A program made the translations under genes and the position numbers. From Thermovirgaceae bacterium (lineage in GTDB: Bacteria; Synergistota; Synergistia; Synergistales; Thermovirgaceae), in NCBI GenBank assembly GCA_040767805.1, contig JAXGNU010000003.1, forward strand, positions 130,961-194,960: DNA of 64,000 nt, read 5' to 3'. The notes under the pieces are model-generated. The model had not been told where the DNA came from. It did no database searches and was given only the letters and a program-made list of their open reading frames with translations. This document shows, one piece after another, positions 37,236-45,884 of the stretch (position 1 is the stretch's first letter; each line of letters starts with the position of its first letter).

Positions 37236-38477
37236 TTACTTAAGCGGGTCAGTGTTGATGCCTTCGGGCGTATAGTCCGAATAGGGCAAGAAATCGGCAA
37301 ACACTCTATTCCCGTCTTTCACTACCCTCCAGACAAGCCCTCTTTTTGCATAACCTTCCTCGCTAAAGCTCAGTGTTTGGGAAGTCCCCGTCGTCTCAAC
37401 CTTAACCATCGCATTTCTCAGCGCAAGACGTTTGTCTGCAAGAGAAGCAGCCTTCCACCAATCATCGCCTTTTTCGTTGATGACGTACCCCACAGATTCA
37501 GAGGCTGTAACAAGGGCATCGAATGCGAGGGCCCCAAAAGCTCCTGGGTATTCTCCAAAACGTTCCTTATGCAACTCGGCGAATTCCTCAAACAATGGGC
37601 TAAGCGTTTCCATTTCAATATCGAAATGGGTTGCAAGGAGCATTCCTTCTACTGCATTCCCTCCGACTTGAGTAAGTACTTCTGTATCAGCTCCGTCTGT
37701 CCCAATGAAAGGTAGTTTAATTCCCAAGTCTCGGCATTGCTTCGCTATTAGAGGTGCTTCATCCGGCCAGGTTGGAAGAATGATCACTTCAATATTGTTC
37801 TTTGATATTTCCGGTTTTAACCTTGTAATCTGAGAACTGAAGTCGGTATCACCGAGATTGTAGGAAGGGATGTAGGGTACAGCATTCTTATCACCCGTAA
37901 ATTCTTTGAGGTAATAGGTCAAATAATCTGTAAGTACAGTTCCATAAGTCGAGCCTACGTCTTTAAAGATCGTGAATTTCTTATAACCAAGGGTATCAAC
38001 GGCGTATTTTGCAATTGCTCGTGCTTGGTCATTATCAGGCATGGGGTTCATAAAAACGAAATCCCCCACTAGAGCAATCGCAGGCGTAGTACCGGCCAGA
38101 TCAATAAATACAGTTTTGCCTTCTTCAAATACTTGGCCTGCCGCCGCAACAAAACTAATATCTTCTCCGCCAATAGCGGCTAGAACATTTTCTTCCAGGA
38201 GGCGGTTGGCCCTCACTGCAAAGGCCTCCGGCTTACTCTGACCATCAACGATTAATAGTTCAACGGGATGGCCTTTTATCCCTCCTTTTGAGTTTAGCAA
38301 TTCTACTCCTACATCAAAAGCTCTCTTTTCTTCCTCACCAAGTGGAGCATCACCGCCTATCATACTTACTATGGCTCCGAATTTGACTGTTTCAGCGCTT
38401 GCTGCAAATGCTTGAGTGTTCAATGAAAAAACGAACGATACAGACAAAAGAAATAGTAAAAATCTAAACTTTCTCAT
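37236..38477 (-). CDS. ABC substrate-binding protein (LivK-like)
   Basis: Signal peptide MRKFRF...AFA; N.KGGIKG, DFSSQIT, type I periplasmic-binding motifs. Confidence 0.88.
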   Translation of the reverse strand: MRKFRFLLFLLSVSFVFSLNTQAFAASAETVKFGAIVSMIGGDAPLGEEEKRAFDVGVELLNSKGGIKGHPVELLIVDGQSKPEAFAVRANRLLEENVLAAIGGEDISFVAAAGQVFEEGKTVFIDLAGTTPAIALVGDFVFMNPMPDNDQARAIAKYAVDTLGYKKFTIFKDVGSTYGTVLTDYLTYYLKEFTGDKNAVPYIPSYNLGDTDFSSQITRLKPEISKNNIEVIILPTWPDEAPLIAKQCRDLGIKLPFIGTDGADTEVLTQVGGNAVEGMLLATHFDIEMETLSPLFEEFAELHKERFGEYPGAFGALAFDALVTASESVGYVINEKGDDWWKAASLADKRLALRNAMVKVETTGTSQTLSFSEEGYAKRGLVWRVVKDGNRVFADFLPYSDYTPEGINTDPLK

Positions 38478-38644
38478 TTCGCTCACCCCCAAAAAATTTT
38501 TCATGGAACAAATACACAAACAAGTTTTCTCATTCTGGCCTTTTTTGAAAAATAAAAACAATCGTCATTGCATACTTGGTATACTACGTATACCAGTAGC
38601 TTCTATCATACTCTCCTACATTTGTCAAATAAAGGAGTATCGTG

Positions 38645-38955
38645 TGTGACCGGACAGGGATAATGTCACCCCTTAAGGGGACAGGGAAAATGTCACCCCC
38701 CCTGGGTTTTGTTAGAGAATGTATCCCATGAAGAACGAGGGTGACATCAGGTTGTCCATCAAGCAGGCGCGGAGACTTCATGTTCTTGAAGAGGTGACGG
38801 GCGGGGTGATAACCAACAGGGAGGCTTCAGCCGCTTTGGGGCTGTCGGTGCGGCAGAAACAAAGGACAAAGACTGGCTTTAAGGAGACGGGGGCGTCATA
38901 CCTGGTCCACAGCAATACTGACCGCAAACCTTCCGACTTCATCCCCACGACATAA
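38645..38955 (+). mobile_element. Truncated IS1202/ISNCY-like element: left end plus the N-terminal fragment of the transposase (38719-38955)
   Basis: End TGTGACCGGACAGGG with repeated AATGTCACCCC boxes; ORF RRLHVLEEV...EASAALGLSVRQ..R...G...LVHSN..RKP. Confidence 0.7.
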
Positions 38956-38974
38956 GGATGACTTTAATAGCAGA

Positions 38975-39020
38975 TGTCAATTTACATCCAAATCCCCGCA
39001 GTAAATTTGCGCCCACTTTT
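38975..39020 (+). repeat. IS-like end (possibly IS21-type); inverted partner at 45103-45147
   Basis: TGTCAATTTACATCCAAATCCCCGCAGTAAATTTGCGCCCACTTT versus reverse complement of 45103-45147, GTCAATTTACACCCAGATTCCCGCAGTAAATTTACATCCACTTT. Confidence 0.65.
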
Positions 39021-39535
39021 CAGCAGGTGTACACATTCTCTCTTGACCGGATTGGTGTGATTCGTGAACTGAAATGATTGATGGTCCCCGATCTCCTGTC
39101 CTGGTAGAACCGGTAACTGCTCCACTTGTACTCTTCCGGCAAGGTCACCATCTTAGCCCTCACGGGGTTAAGGTGTATATAGCGGGACAGTTCCGCGGCG
39201 TAGGCGTCCGCCTCAACAAGGACGGCCTTGTAGCGGCCCTGCAGGAGATGGCCCGCCCTCTTTCGCTTCACGTTGAAGTAGTTCGTGTAGGAGTTGTTGA
39301 TATGCTTCATGATCCTGGAAAGGTTGCCCTCGGGGGTTCCGATCATCAGGTGGTAGTGATTGCTCATGAGGCAGTAGGCGTGGAATACGGCTCCATATCT
39401 CTCCGCCGCCGACTCCAGGTAGGTCAGGAATTTCTCCCTGTCGCCTTCGCTTTTGAAGATATCCTTTTGCTCGTTACCCCTGGATGTGACATGATAGAAA
39501 GCTCCCAGGTATTCGATCCTCAAGGGTCTGCCCAT
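39020..39535 (-). pseudogene. Y1/HUH transposase copy 2, C-terminally truncated after YKWSSYRFYQ
   Basis: Near-identical to copy 1 over the HUH/Y1 core; diverges near 39100. Confidence 0.88.
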
Positions 39536-39597
39536 CGTCAAACCTCCGTCCCCGGCAGGGTAAATCTACCCCATTCTGGATCGAAAAACCCGGTCCA

Positions 39598-39619
39598 TCA
39601 ATTGTGTAGGTCTGACACC
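39598..39619 (-). repeat. 22-bp island repeat, perfect copy, upstream of Y1 transposase copy 2
   Basis: TCAATTGTGTAGGTCTGACACC. Confidence 0.95.
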
Positions 39620-39673
39620 TTTCCTTTAAAAGGATATAATAGCGACTGTTAATTAGGGGGTGCAGTACATACA

Positions 39674-40402
39674 ATGAGATTCGGAAAAAGAACGGACTTC
39701 GACAGGGACTTCCTGATGGCGAACATGATGGGACCCAACTGCGTCAGGTTAGCAGCTGAAATTTTGCAAAAGGTATCCCTGAAACCGGGCATGCGGGTCC
39801 TTGACCTGGGCTGCGGAAAGGGCCTTACCTCCATATTCCTGGCAAGAGAGTTCGACGTCCAGGTCTTTGCCACCGACCTCTGGATAGAAGCGACGGAGAA
39901 CTACGGTCGCTTCAAGGACCTCGGCCTCGAAGAGGAGATCATCCCCATACATGCCGACGCAAGGGCCCTGCCCTTCGCCCACGGTTACTTTGACGCGGTT
40001 GTCAGCATAGACTCTTACCACTACTTCGGGAACACCCCTGACTATCTCGACACCCATCTCGTCCCCCTGCTGAAAAGGGGGGGCACTATTGCCGTTTCGG
40101 TCCCCGGTCTTATCAGGGACTTCACCGACGGTGTGCCTGCTGTGCTTAAACCTTTCTGGGAAAAGTGGGAAAAGGAACTGCAGGGAGAAATGAATATTTA
40201 CTCCTCTGAATGGTGGACCCGTCTTTGGGGACGTTCTTCAAATATCACCCTTGAGGAATGTTTCTCCCACACTTGTCATAAACAGGCATGGGAGGAATGG
40301 CTTGAATGTGACAACCCCTACGCGAAGGAAGACATCGAAATGATGAAAGCCGAGAACGGGCAATACTTCAACACCATCGGCCTTGTCGCCAGGAAGAACT
40401 GA
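39674..40402 (+). CDS. Class I SAM-dependent methyltransferase
   Basis: MMGPN, RVLDLGCGKGLTS, DARALPF...FD. Confidence 0.9.
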   Translation: MRFGKRTDFDRDFLMANMMGPNCVRLAAEILQKVSLKPGMRVLDLGCGKGLTSIFLAREFDVQVFATDLWIEATENYGRFKDLGLEEEIIPIHADARALPFAHGYFDAVVSIDSYHYFGNTPDYLDTHLVPLLKRGGTIAVSVPGLIRDFTDGVPAVLKPFWEKWEKELQGEMNIYSSEWWTRLWGRSSNITLEECFSHTCHKQAWEEWLECDNPYAKEDIEMMKAENGQYFNTIGLVARKN

Positions 40403-40447
40403 TCCATTTGCAATGAACTGCACATCCCTGTAACGGAGGAAGAAAAC

Positions 40448-41230
40448 ATGCCGAAAGAGATCATCTTTGAAAGAATGTCCTGGCCAAAGGTCGAAAAAGC
40501 AATTGAAGAGGGATACGATACGGCAGTCTTCGCCTGTGGGGCAACAGAGCAGCACGGCCTCCACCTGCCCCTCTTTGTCGACGCTGAACACGGTGAGCGC
40601 ATGGCCCTGGAAGTTGCCCGAAGGCTGAGGAAAGCCCTTGTAGCCCCATCAATAAGGGTGGGCTGTTCGGAGCATCACATGACCTTTCCGGGAACCATAT
40701 CGATACTTCCCGAAACTCTTGAAGCACTTGTACGCGACTATTGCGTCAGCCTCTCCAGGCACGGCTTCAGGAATATCTGCATAATTCCAACCCACGGAGG
40801 CAATTTTGCGCCGATTGCAGTGATGCTGGACCGCCTCCGGGAAGCCGTGGAACCCGGGACCGGCGTATTCGCGTTTACCGACCTGGAGGGCATGATGAAG
40901 GCCTGGCGAAATGCGGTGCAAGAGGAAAGCGGGCTCGGCGACAGGGTGGGGGGGCACGCTGACATCGCCGAAAGCTCGATAATGATGGTGCTTCATCCTG
41001 AACTGGTCGATAAAAACATTGCTGAGCCTGGGTTTACAGACCCTGTCACGCCTGAAGTTCTCGACCGCATGTTCAAGGAGGGATTGCAGAACCTCACCCC
41101 TAACGGTATCATGGGGGACCCTCGGGGGATGTCGGTCTCGATCGGGCTCAGATGTATAGACACCTTCGCGGGGTTGATCTCCGATTTCTTTGCCGACCAG
41201 ATCAGGGAGGTTACAGAAGATCCCTGCTGA
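40448..41230 (+). CDS. Creatininase / MftE family amidohydrolase
   Basis: GATEQHGLHLP..VD, SEHHM.FPGT, HGGN, HAD..ESS, NG.MGDP. Confidence 0.9.
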   Translation: MPKEIIFERMSWPKVEKAIEEGYDTAVFACGATEQHGLHLPLFVDAEHGERMALEVARRLRKALVAPSIRVGCSEHHMTFPGTISILPETLEALVRDYCVSLSRHGFRNICIIPTHGGNFAPIAVMLDRLREAVEPGTGVFAFTDLEGMMKAWRNAVQEESGLGDRVGGHADIAESSIMMVLHPELVDKNIAEPGFTDPVTPEVLDRMFKEGLQNLTPNGIMGDPRGMSVSIGLRCIDTFAGLISDFFADQIREVTEDPC

Positions 41231-41282
41231 ACCCTGTTATCTACCCTCTTTTATCTTCTATCTTTAAGGTGTCAGACCTACA

Positions 41283-43004
41283 CGGGTTGTTGCTCAATTG
41301 AGCCCTCTAAGTTCTACAAAAGGCGGATCAGGCGGGACAGGTGATCGGTCTTCCCTTGCGAGCAAAGTTGAATCGTTTGAGAATTTTTGAAAAAAGAACA
41401 AAGGACCTGGTATGAGCCACCTCCAGGACCCGGGCAATCATGGCTGGGTCCTTCACGGGCCCTCCGCCCCGCTTCAACAGCACCTGGATGTTCTGTACGG
41501 CACAGACCAGGTATTCCTGGATGCTCACCCTCCATAACCTCCTCCAGCGGGCGCGGTCATAACCGTAACGCTTGCCCCTGGCGAAGGAGCGTTCCATGAG
41601 GTGCTGCCTCTTCTTTATGTCCTTCTTAGAAGCTTTGCTTCGGCTTTCCTCCAGCATCACGTCCAGGTCTTCCTGACGGCAGTGCCGCTTTACGGTCCTG
41701 CCCGCTTTGTTGGTGGTGCAACCGGACCGGAGCGGGCAGGCCTCGCAGTCGGCCCTGGAAGCCCCGTAGTCGATGCTGCCCCGGCCCCTGTGAAGGCTCT
41801 TGGGTTTCAGTTCCTTCCCCGCAGGGCAGAGGTAGATGTCCCTTTCACGGTCGTACCGGAAGTGAGCCTCGGTGAATATGCCTCGCTTCTCTTCCCGGAC
41901 CGACGCGGACCGGCAAAGGTCCGGCATGTGCGCCTTTATCCCCTGGTCGTAAAGGGACAGGAAATTGTCTATCGTTCCGTACTTGCTGTCGGCCACCACC
42001 GTGGAGGCCGGCTTGCCCGTCGTATTGCGGTGCCTTCGAAGCAGCTCTTCCAGCATGTGACCTTCGCTTACGTCACCGGGGGTGACGGCCGTGGCGGTGA
42101 TGATCTCGTGGGCTTCATCCACCGACCGGTGGACCTGGTAGAAGAGGTCCGGCTTGCCCCTGCCCACTATGGCCGCGTCAGGGTCTGTGCTGGATATGTA
42201 CCGGCCGTTGACCTTGCGGTATCTGCCGCCCCGGGCGGGCTTTTCTTCGCCTCCGCCTCCGCCTCCCCCGAACCCGCTGTCACCATCGCTCTCTTCGCTC
42301 TTTTCATCCTCTTCATCCTCTTCATCCTCTTCGTTCTCTTCGCTCCCGTAGCTCTTTTGCCGTTCTGCGAGCCGGGCTTCAAGTTCCCTGTAATTCTTCT
42401 TGAGCTGGTGCTTCAGGGACTGGGTGTCTATTACGGAGTTGTTCGATGCGTCGGCCTCAACAAGGCTGGAGTCGACAAAGATCTTGCCGCCGTCCACCAA
42501 CCCCGCCTCAACGCACTGGATTACTATCCGCTCGAAGAAGTTCCTGAACACCTCCGCACCCCAGCGCTTCCGAGCCTTGGAGAGGACGCTGTGGTCGGGG
42601 ATCTTCGCGTCGAGGTCGTAACCCAGGAACCAGAGCCAGTCCAGCCTCTCCGGAAGGGTAGCCATGAGCTCACGCTCGGACCGCACGTTGTAAAAGACCA
42701 AAAGAAGCATCAGCTTCAGTATCACCGGGGGAGGAACCGATACGTAGCCCCTCGTCCCGTACTTGTCCAATACTTCGCGGTAGATGAAGTCAAAGTCCAC
42801 CCTCGCCGCTATCTTCCGGAGCGGGTGGTCCCTGCGGACCCTTTCAGCGATGCTTATGTTGGTGTAAAAGAATTTGCCGCCGTCGGGCTCCTGAATACCC
42901 ATCATGGAGAGCACCCCCTTGCGCTGCCTACACCTATTTTAAGGGTATTCAGGTGCTTCCTCAGGCACTTCCACCTCAAGAAACGCTATTTGGGCAACAG
43001 GCCG
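41283..43004 (-). mobile_element. IS1182-family insertion sequence, copy 1, with 4-bp target duplication TACA
   Basis: Terminal IRs CGGGTTGTTGCTCAA and TTGGGCAACAGGCCG; TACA on both flanks. Confidence 0.9.
41328..42914 (-). CDS. IS1182-family DDE transposase
   Basis: DHPLRKI, SVPP, SERELM, IPDHSVLS, FVDSS, STDPDA, ADSKYG, CPAG...C..CPLR..C, MERSF. Confidence 0.92.
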   Translation of the reverse strand: MLSMMGIQEPDGGKFFYTNISIAERVRRDHPLRKIAARVDFDFIYREVLDKYGTRGYVSVPPPVILKLMLLLVFYNVRSERELMATLPERLDWLWFLGYDLDAKIPDHSVLSKARKRWGAEVFRNFFERIVIQCVEAGLVDGGKIFVDSSLVEADASNNSVIDTQSLKHQLKKNYRELEARLAERQKSYGSEENEEDEEDEEDEKSEESDGDSGFGGGGGGGEEKPARGGRYRKVNGRYISSTDPDAAIVGRGKPDLFYQVHRSVDEAHEIITATAVTPGDVSEGHMLEELLRRHRNTTGKPASTVVADSKYGTIDNFLSLYDQGIKAHMPDLCRSASVREEKRGIFTEAHFRYDRERDIYLCPAGKELKPKSLHRGRGSIDYGASRADCEACPLRSGCTTNKAGRTVKRHCRQEDLDVMLEESRSKASKKDIKKRQHLMERSFARGKRYGYDRARWRRLWRVSIQEYLVCAVQNIQVLLKRGGGPVKDPAMIARVLEVAHTRSFVLFSKILKRFNFARKGRPITCPA

Positions 43005-43248
43005 TACACAATTGACAGAATCGGAAGTACAGTCCAGGATCTGGAGGGAGAACTCCCGCCAAGGGTACCACTCCCTTTTCGGGCTGAAAATAAGGTCCGG
43101 CATCGAAACGATCAAGGTAGAGATAAATGAAGCGTCCCCCGAAGCAGCCAGCCAGCGTGAAGATAGTGTTCTGTCTTCACCCATATTTAAATTATCAATT
43201 GTGTAGGTCTGACACCTTTGAGAATCATTGAGGATCCACGTTTGAGAA

Positions 43249-44715
43249 TCAAAAGATCTGCGGAAGCGCATATTTCTCAGGGATCTCTTCGGGGATCTTC
43301 AACTTCAGGGTCGTCTGTTCCCCGTTTCTCTCTACGATAACATCAACGGTCTTCCCCAGGTTTTCGATGATCACGGACTTGAAGTCCTCCATAGACCCTT
43401 CCGCATCGAATTTTGACCCCGCTGCGGAAAGGATCTTATCGCCGGCTTTCAGACCGAGCGCTTCCCCGAATGTTTTATGATATAACACGATCAGGCGGAA
43501 GGGTTCTCCAATGGTCGTGACAGCCCCGATCGCAAAGGGAGCCAGCCGTTTCTCGATACCGAGGTAGTACTTGATATCCCTGTGCATCTTTTCTTTTAAC
43601 ACTGTCGATCGTCCGTAAAGTTCATGTATCGCCGGAAGCTCTGACTTTAGCACCTCCCCGGCTATATCGATGGCAGCCTTGGAGCGTTTGTTCAGATCCT
43701 GGGACTGGGCCCCCCAATCCTTGGCCCCTTGCCCTGCCACCACGGCCTGAATAAAGTAATTCGCTGAGGCTACCTGTTGGCTCCCTGCCTCCTGGAGGTT
43801 CATTATTATCTTTTTCCGAAGAGGGTCATCGATACTGGCTCTGCCCAGTTTTTTTATGGCCAGCTCGAGCTTCGTCTGATAGTGGTAAACAGCCTCCGGT
43901 ACTCCTTGCAGGTAACCCTGTCCATTGGTAGTCTCTTGCCCCCATCGGTAAATACTGTCATGGTCATAGAGAATGACAAGGAAATCTAGAAGGGCCTTGT
44001 CTATCTCGTCCATTGGCCCTGGACCCGGATCTGCCTGGGGGGCATCGACAGTTTCAGGTACTTCACCTCCCCATGACTTGAGCGGGGAAGATGCGTCGAT
44101 GGCAGCAACGAAAGCCGAGGGTACAAGAAGCCTGCCTTCGGTTGTCTCGATAACCACACCTGTGACGTTCCCCTTCTGATCCAGGGCAGGAGAGCCGCTG
44201 TTCCCCGAAGGGGCCTCTCCGGAGAGGGCGTACCTTTCCACACCCGAGGCACCCTGGTGGACCTCGGAGACTGAGAGCTGCACAAACCCGAAAGTGCCAT
44301 CTCTCACCGCACCACAGTGGACCGTCGTCCCTGGGGTGATGCTCGTCTGTACCAACGTGAGACCTTCCCTCCCGGAGGCCGGTACATCTATCATTGCCAG
44401 GCTCCGTTTTTCATCGACGGCAATGATACCCGGAGAGAGGAGCTCGGTCCCGTCCTGGAAACGGAGCGTGACCTTTGAAGCGTTCTTGATAAGATGAGCC
44501 GCCGTCACAGCCCTTCCTCCTCCAGCCGTCAGAAATGCCAGGCCTCTGCTTTCCTTCCCATCTTTCGTCTCAGCAATGAGTTCGGCAACGGACTTCATCG
44601 CCCTCGAAAGAGCGGCGGCATCAACCTGGGCCTCCGCAGGCTCGAACTGTGATAAGACCATCCCTGACAGCAAGAGTACAAAAAGCAAAACAGAACCTGG
44701 GCGTCGGTTAGTCAT
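43249..44715 (-). CDS. Secreted trypsin-like (S1) peptidase-domain protein with a C-terminal PDZ-like domain
   Basis: Signal peptide; VTAAHLI; SGNSGSPAL..KGNV.GV; GLKAGDKIL...VERNG. Confidence 0.78.
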   Translation of the reverse strand: MTNRRPGSVLLFVLLLSGMVLSQFEPAEAQVDAAALSRAMKSVAELIAETKDGKESRGLAFLTAGGGRAVTAAHLIKNASKVTLRFQDGTELLSPGIIAVDEKRSLAMIDVPASGREGLTLVQTSITPGTTVHCGAVRDGTFGFVQLSVSEVHQGASGVERYALSGEAPSGNSGSPALDQKGNVTGVVIETTEGRLLVPSAFVAAIDASSPLKSWGGEVPETVDAPQADPGPGPMDEIDKALLDFLVILYDHDSIYRWGQETTNGQGYLQGVPEAVYHYQTKLELAIKKLGRASIDDPLRKKIIMNLQEAGSQQVASANYFIQAVVAGQGAKDWGAQSQDLNKRSKAAIDIAGEVLKSELPAIHELYGRSTVLKEKMHRDIKYYLGIEKRLAPFAIGAVTTIGEPFRLIVLYHKTFGEALGLKAGDKILSAAGSKFDAEGSMEDFKSVIIENLGKTVDVIVERNGEQTTLKLKIPEEIPEKYALPQIF

Positions 44716-44865
44716 CACTCCAACCAATCCAGTCTTCCCGGTCCCTGGGACGGAACCAGACGGGATACGCTACCTAAAAATCTTACATCAGATCGGTACA
44801 ATAAAACACCAGCCAGTAGCACGCACGGAGATTTTTTCTGCTGACCGAGGACCAAAAAATCTTTT

Positions 44866-45088
44866 GGGGTCAGATCTACGAAATTGATAGAACCGCAGTC
44901 CCAGTCCACGATTTGGAGGGAGAACTCCCGACAGGGGTATTCACACCCTTTTCGAGCTGAAAATAAAGTCAGGTATCGAAACAATCGAGGTAGGGATTAA
45001 TAAAGCACCCCTGAAGCAACCAGCCGGCGGGAAGATGGGGTTCTGTCTTCACCTAGATATAATTCATCAATTATGTAGGTCTGACACC
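44866..45088 (+). mobile_element. 223-bp repeat-bounded mini-element, copy 2
   Basis: GGGGTCAGATCTACGAAATTGA ... TCAATTATGTAGGTCTGACACC; interior homologous to 43016-43194. Confidence 0.9.
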
Positions 45089-45418
45089 TTTGAGGATCAC
45101 AGGAAAGTGGATGTAAATTTACTGCGGGAATCTGGGTGTAAATTGACTGGTGTACCCGGATCCAAATTTACACCTGTTAAGGGGCTTGACTGAAATACTC
45201 GATCAGATTTTCTAACGTTCTTTCTCCAAAAGTATTTGGTATTATCTTTCGCCACCTAATGTCCTTTTCTTCTTGTGGACCATTTCTAATAACGTGCCCC
45301 TCTTTGTCATATTCTACCCATTCAATTGATGCATATTCTTTTGTTCTTATATTAAGTTTATAAAGGGTAAGACTATGTGTAGGGTTGTTTTGATCTGGAT
45401 CATAGTAATCATCTTTGT

Positions 45419-45640
45419 TTACCTTAACAAACCAAAATTCGATAGTCCACCACTTTTTTTTGCTGTCAGAGTGTCAATAAAACCATACATTTCGGCCGAC
45501 TCAGTTAAAAGAAACCACCTCCCCCCAGATTCGCTTCCCTTTGGCCAAACAGGCTTCTCTTCCGTTGCGCCCACATGCCCTGCAATAAATAAAAAAAGGG
45601 CCGTGGCAAGTATGAACGATAGGCAGGTTTTCCTAAACAC
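45419..45640 (-). CDS. Small hypothetical exported protein or gene remnant (AT-rich)
   Basis: GAAGGGA RBS; signal-peptide-like N-terminus; 73 aa. Confidence 0.4.
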   Translation of the reverse strand: MFRKTCLSFILATALFLFIAGHVGATEEKPVWPKGSESGGRWFLLTESAEMYGFIDTLTAKKSGGLSNFGLLR

Positions 45641-45706
45641 TTGAATCCATCCCTTCCATCACAGAAATAAGGAACAACGAAGACAGCATATTACATTGAA
45701 TCGGCA

Positions 45707-45800
45707 TGTCAACGGACGGGGACAAGGTCCCCTTCCTTTAGGGAGGGGGAAATGTCAAGGGTTAGGTACCAGAATGGGACAGGAAAAATGACTTCCCTCC
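45707..45800 (+). repeat. Decayed IS1202-like left end
   Basis: TGTCAACGGACGGGGACAAGGTCCCC...GGAAATGTCA...GGGACAGGAAAAATGAC, resembling 38645-38700. Confidence 0.45.
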
Positions 45801-45884
45801 TAGGGTATCCGCTCAAGACAATGCCCACGAATCCTCTTGCGAATAGCCATCCTTTCATGAGGGGCTAAGGGTGTCAAATCTGTA

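Larger units (their letters stand above)
41268..43216 (+). mobile_element. 223-bp repeat-bounded mini-element, copy 1; its left repeat is interrupted by IS1182
   Basis: GGTGTCAGACCTACA[IS]TACACAATTGA ... TCAATTGTGTAGGTCTGACACC (43195-43216); 223 bp after removing the IS and one TACA. Confidence 0.88.

Noticed and set aside
42939..44984. Small ORFs at 42939-43271, 43012-43206 and 44715-44984 (also 59188-59580)
   Set aside because: They overlap the mini-elements and reading frames are not conserved between copies.
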